In this document: positions 62,193 through 64,000 of the stretch, piece after piece
Position numbering within the stretch: position 1 is the first letter of the stretch
Layout: every line of letters starts with the position of its first letter
Assembly (NCBI RefSeq): GCF_963506605.1
Contig: NC_083285.1
Location: 1,674,001 to 1,738,000, forward strand
From: Zootoca vivipara
Lineage: Eukaryota
Length of the DNA: 64,000 nt
Direction of reading: 5' to 3'
Made by a program: the position numbers and the translations under genes
The notes under the pieces: generated by a model
Told to the model about the DNA's origin: nothing
The model's input: only the letters and a program-made list of their open reading frames with translations
Database searches by the model: none

Positions 62193-63207
62193 ATAATTTA
62201 ACCAAGTTTAAATAAAAAGGGGGGGGAACCCCAATGTTCTTCCCCTGCTATTACGGCATTTGCAACAAATGTATTTTCGGAATTACATAAATGGCATTTC
62301 CATTCTAAAATATATCTCCAGTTGCTATGAAAGACTTATTTACTTTTATTTGGCCATACCAAAGCTGCAACTTCAGAAAGGCCTTCAGTGAAATTAATTG
62401 CACTACTTGAGTATGGAAGAAGTCTGATATCCATTTGGAATCTTGCTCTTAAGGGAATACTTCCTGCTGTCAATTCAGTTTTTGCACAGTTCTTTGATAT
62501 TTCCAACTAAAATTGTTCTATGATTTAGTGGAAGTGCATATCCAGTTCAGCTTATTTCTTCATTGAATTATTTCTTATTTCTATATTTCCATCCAACAAA
62601 CCTTCATTTTGAAAGTGTTATTCCTACAGTTGTTTCCAACAGTTTCCTTTTTTTATTCTGTAGATTTTTCTGACAAAATGTTATATCACTGGTATTTTTT
62701 CTTAATTTTCTTGGAAGACACCACTTTGTGTTTGGCAATTGTTTTCCATCTGGTGTTTTTGTTAATATTTAGAAAGTACAAATATGGAAGGCACTATTGT
62801 AAAAAAAAAAATGCTTTCCCCAAATACTTTTCCATTTGTCACTTTAAGTTGCCACCAAGGTGAGAAATAAAAACTTAAAGCAATCAATGTTTGTTATCTA
62901 AACTCTGTTAACTGTAATATTTGTTATAGAGAGTTTAGAATGCAGTCTATGGGTTACATTAAAATTTCCCCTTCCTATGCAGTTAACTTGCATCAGGGAA
63001 GGGAACCTTTGGCTCCAATCCTGTGCCTGATAAACTTCTTGCATTGCACAAGATGATAGATTGCATAACTCAGTTTAAAAAGAGTGAAAACAATGGGGAG
63101 TGTGTATGAGGAGAATCACTTCTTTTGTTACAATCTGTGGAGCGGATCCATCCATACATTCTATTCTATCTTCATATATCCATACTGCATCCCAGGCTTA
63201 ATAATTT

Positions 63208-63439
63208 GCCAGTGTGGTGTAGTGGTTAAGAGCGGTAGACTCGTAATCTGGGGAACCGGGTTCAGGTCTCCGCTCCTCCACATGCAGCTGCTGGGTGACC
63301 TTGGGCTAGTCACACTTCTTTGAAGTCTCTCAGTCCCACTCACCTCACAGAGTGTTTGTTGTGGGGGAAGAAGGGAAAGGAGATTGTTAGCCGCTTTGAG
63401 ACTCCTTAGGGTAGTGATAAAGCGGGATATCAAAGCCAA

Positions 63440-63470
<31 letters not shown>

Positions 63471-63493
63471 CTTCTTCTTCTTCTTCTTCTCTT
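63208..63493 (+). mobile_element. tRNA-derived SINE (Squam3-like) with (CTT)n tail
   Basis: A box tggtgtagtgg, B-box-like ggttcaggtc, and (CTT)n microsatellite tail at 63441-63493. Confidence 0.82.
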
Positions 63494-64000
63494 CAATTCT
63501 TATTTCAGCAGAAGGAGCCCTATCCAATGCTACTACTATTCTGCTAGCACAGCAGATTTCTACTGGAACTAAACTTTCCCTCTTCTCCTCTCTTTCTGGC
63601 AGTCCCCCTTGGACCCTCAAAATCTGCTCCAAAGGGTTGCAGAACCCTCCTCAGTAGATTGAGGGTGTGCAGGGAGGTCCTGTTATGTCACTGCAGCATT
63701 GGAATGTATCATATAATCCAAATATTCCTTATTTGCTCTCCCCTCCTTTCTAATATCATAGTAAGTATTTCAATAGGATAGTTCATCTTCTTTTCTGTTT
63801 TTAACCAGCAGGGTTTTTTCATTTCTGAAGGGCCATAATAATCCATATTTGTGAGAGAAGACACAAAGATCATAAACTTTTTAATAGATGCATCTTGTTT
63901 CAAATTAAAGTTGTTTGTAGAATCCTTTCCTCAGGTTTCTTTAGAAAAGAGAAGTGGTATATTTCCGGGGGGGGGGGGTATTAATAAAACATTCATTTTC

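Noticed and set aside
63084-63323. ORF with YEEN resembling PHYH exon 3
   Set aside because: Similarity limited to four residues, no acceptor, and the ORF runs into a SINE.
63161-63632. Poly-Arg, poly-Leu and poly-Lys ORFs
   Set aside because: Translations of the (CTT)n SINE tail.

Overview
Squamate genomic DNA, most likely from a lacertid lizard judging by the SINE families; this taxon call is an inference. The + strand carries the conserved vertebrate gene order BEND7 -> SEPHS1 -> PHYH. The window holds the last coding exons of BEND7 (about 5.2-17.6 kb) and a complete SEPHS1 gene: CpG-island promoter at about 31.4-32.8 kb and 8 coding exons from 35283 to 54851 that splice to 1179 nt (392 aa). 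The CpG island and first coding exon of PHYH follow at about 59.3-59.9 kb. Introns and intergenic DNA are packed with transposable elements: CR1, L2, L1, Penelope and BovB retroelements, three SINE families, a Tc1 transposon, TA-flanked Tc1/mariner-type MITEs, hAT MITEs and a non-autonomous Helitron. There is a 140-nt assembly gap in the SEPHS1 3' UTR. The most notable observation is a cluster of CTTTAAR and GGGTTAA zinc-finger motifs in the SEPHS1 promoter, matching the ZFP91/ZNF652 factors that recruit the SEPHS1-containing Zincore coregulator, which suggests autoregulation. Also notable: an intact minimal hammerhead ribozyme in a Penelope element, a U12-type donor ending PHYH exon 1, a Helitron with intact termini, and transposon excision footprints. 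Family names and human comparisons come from memory, not database searches.
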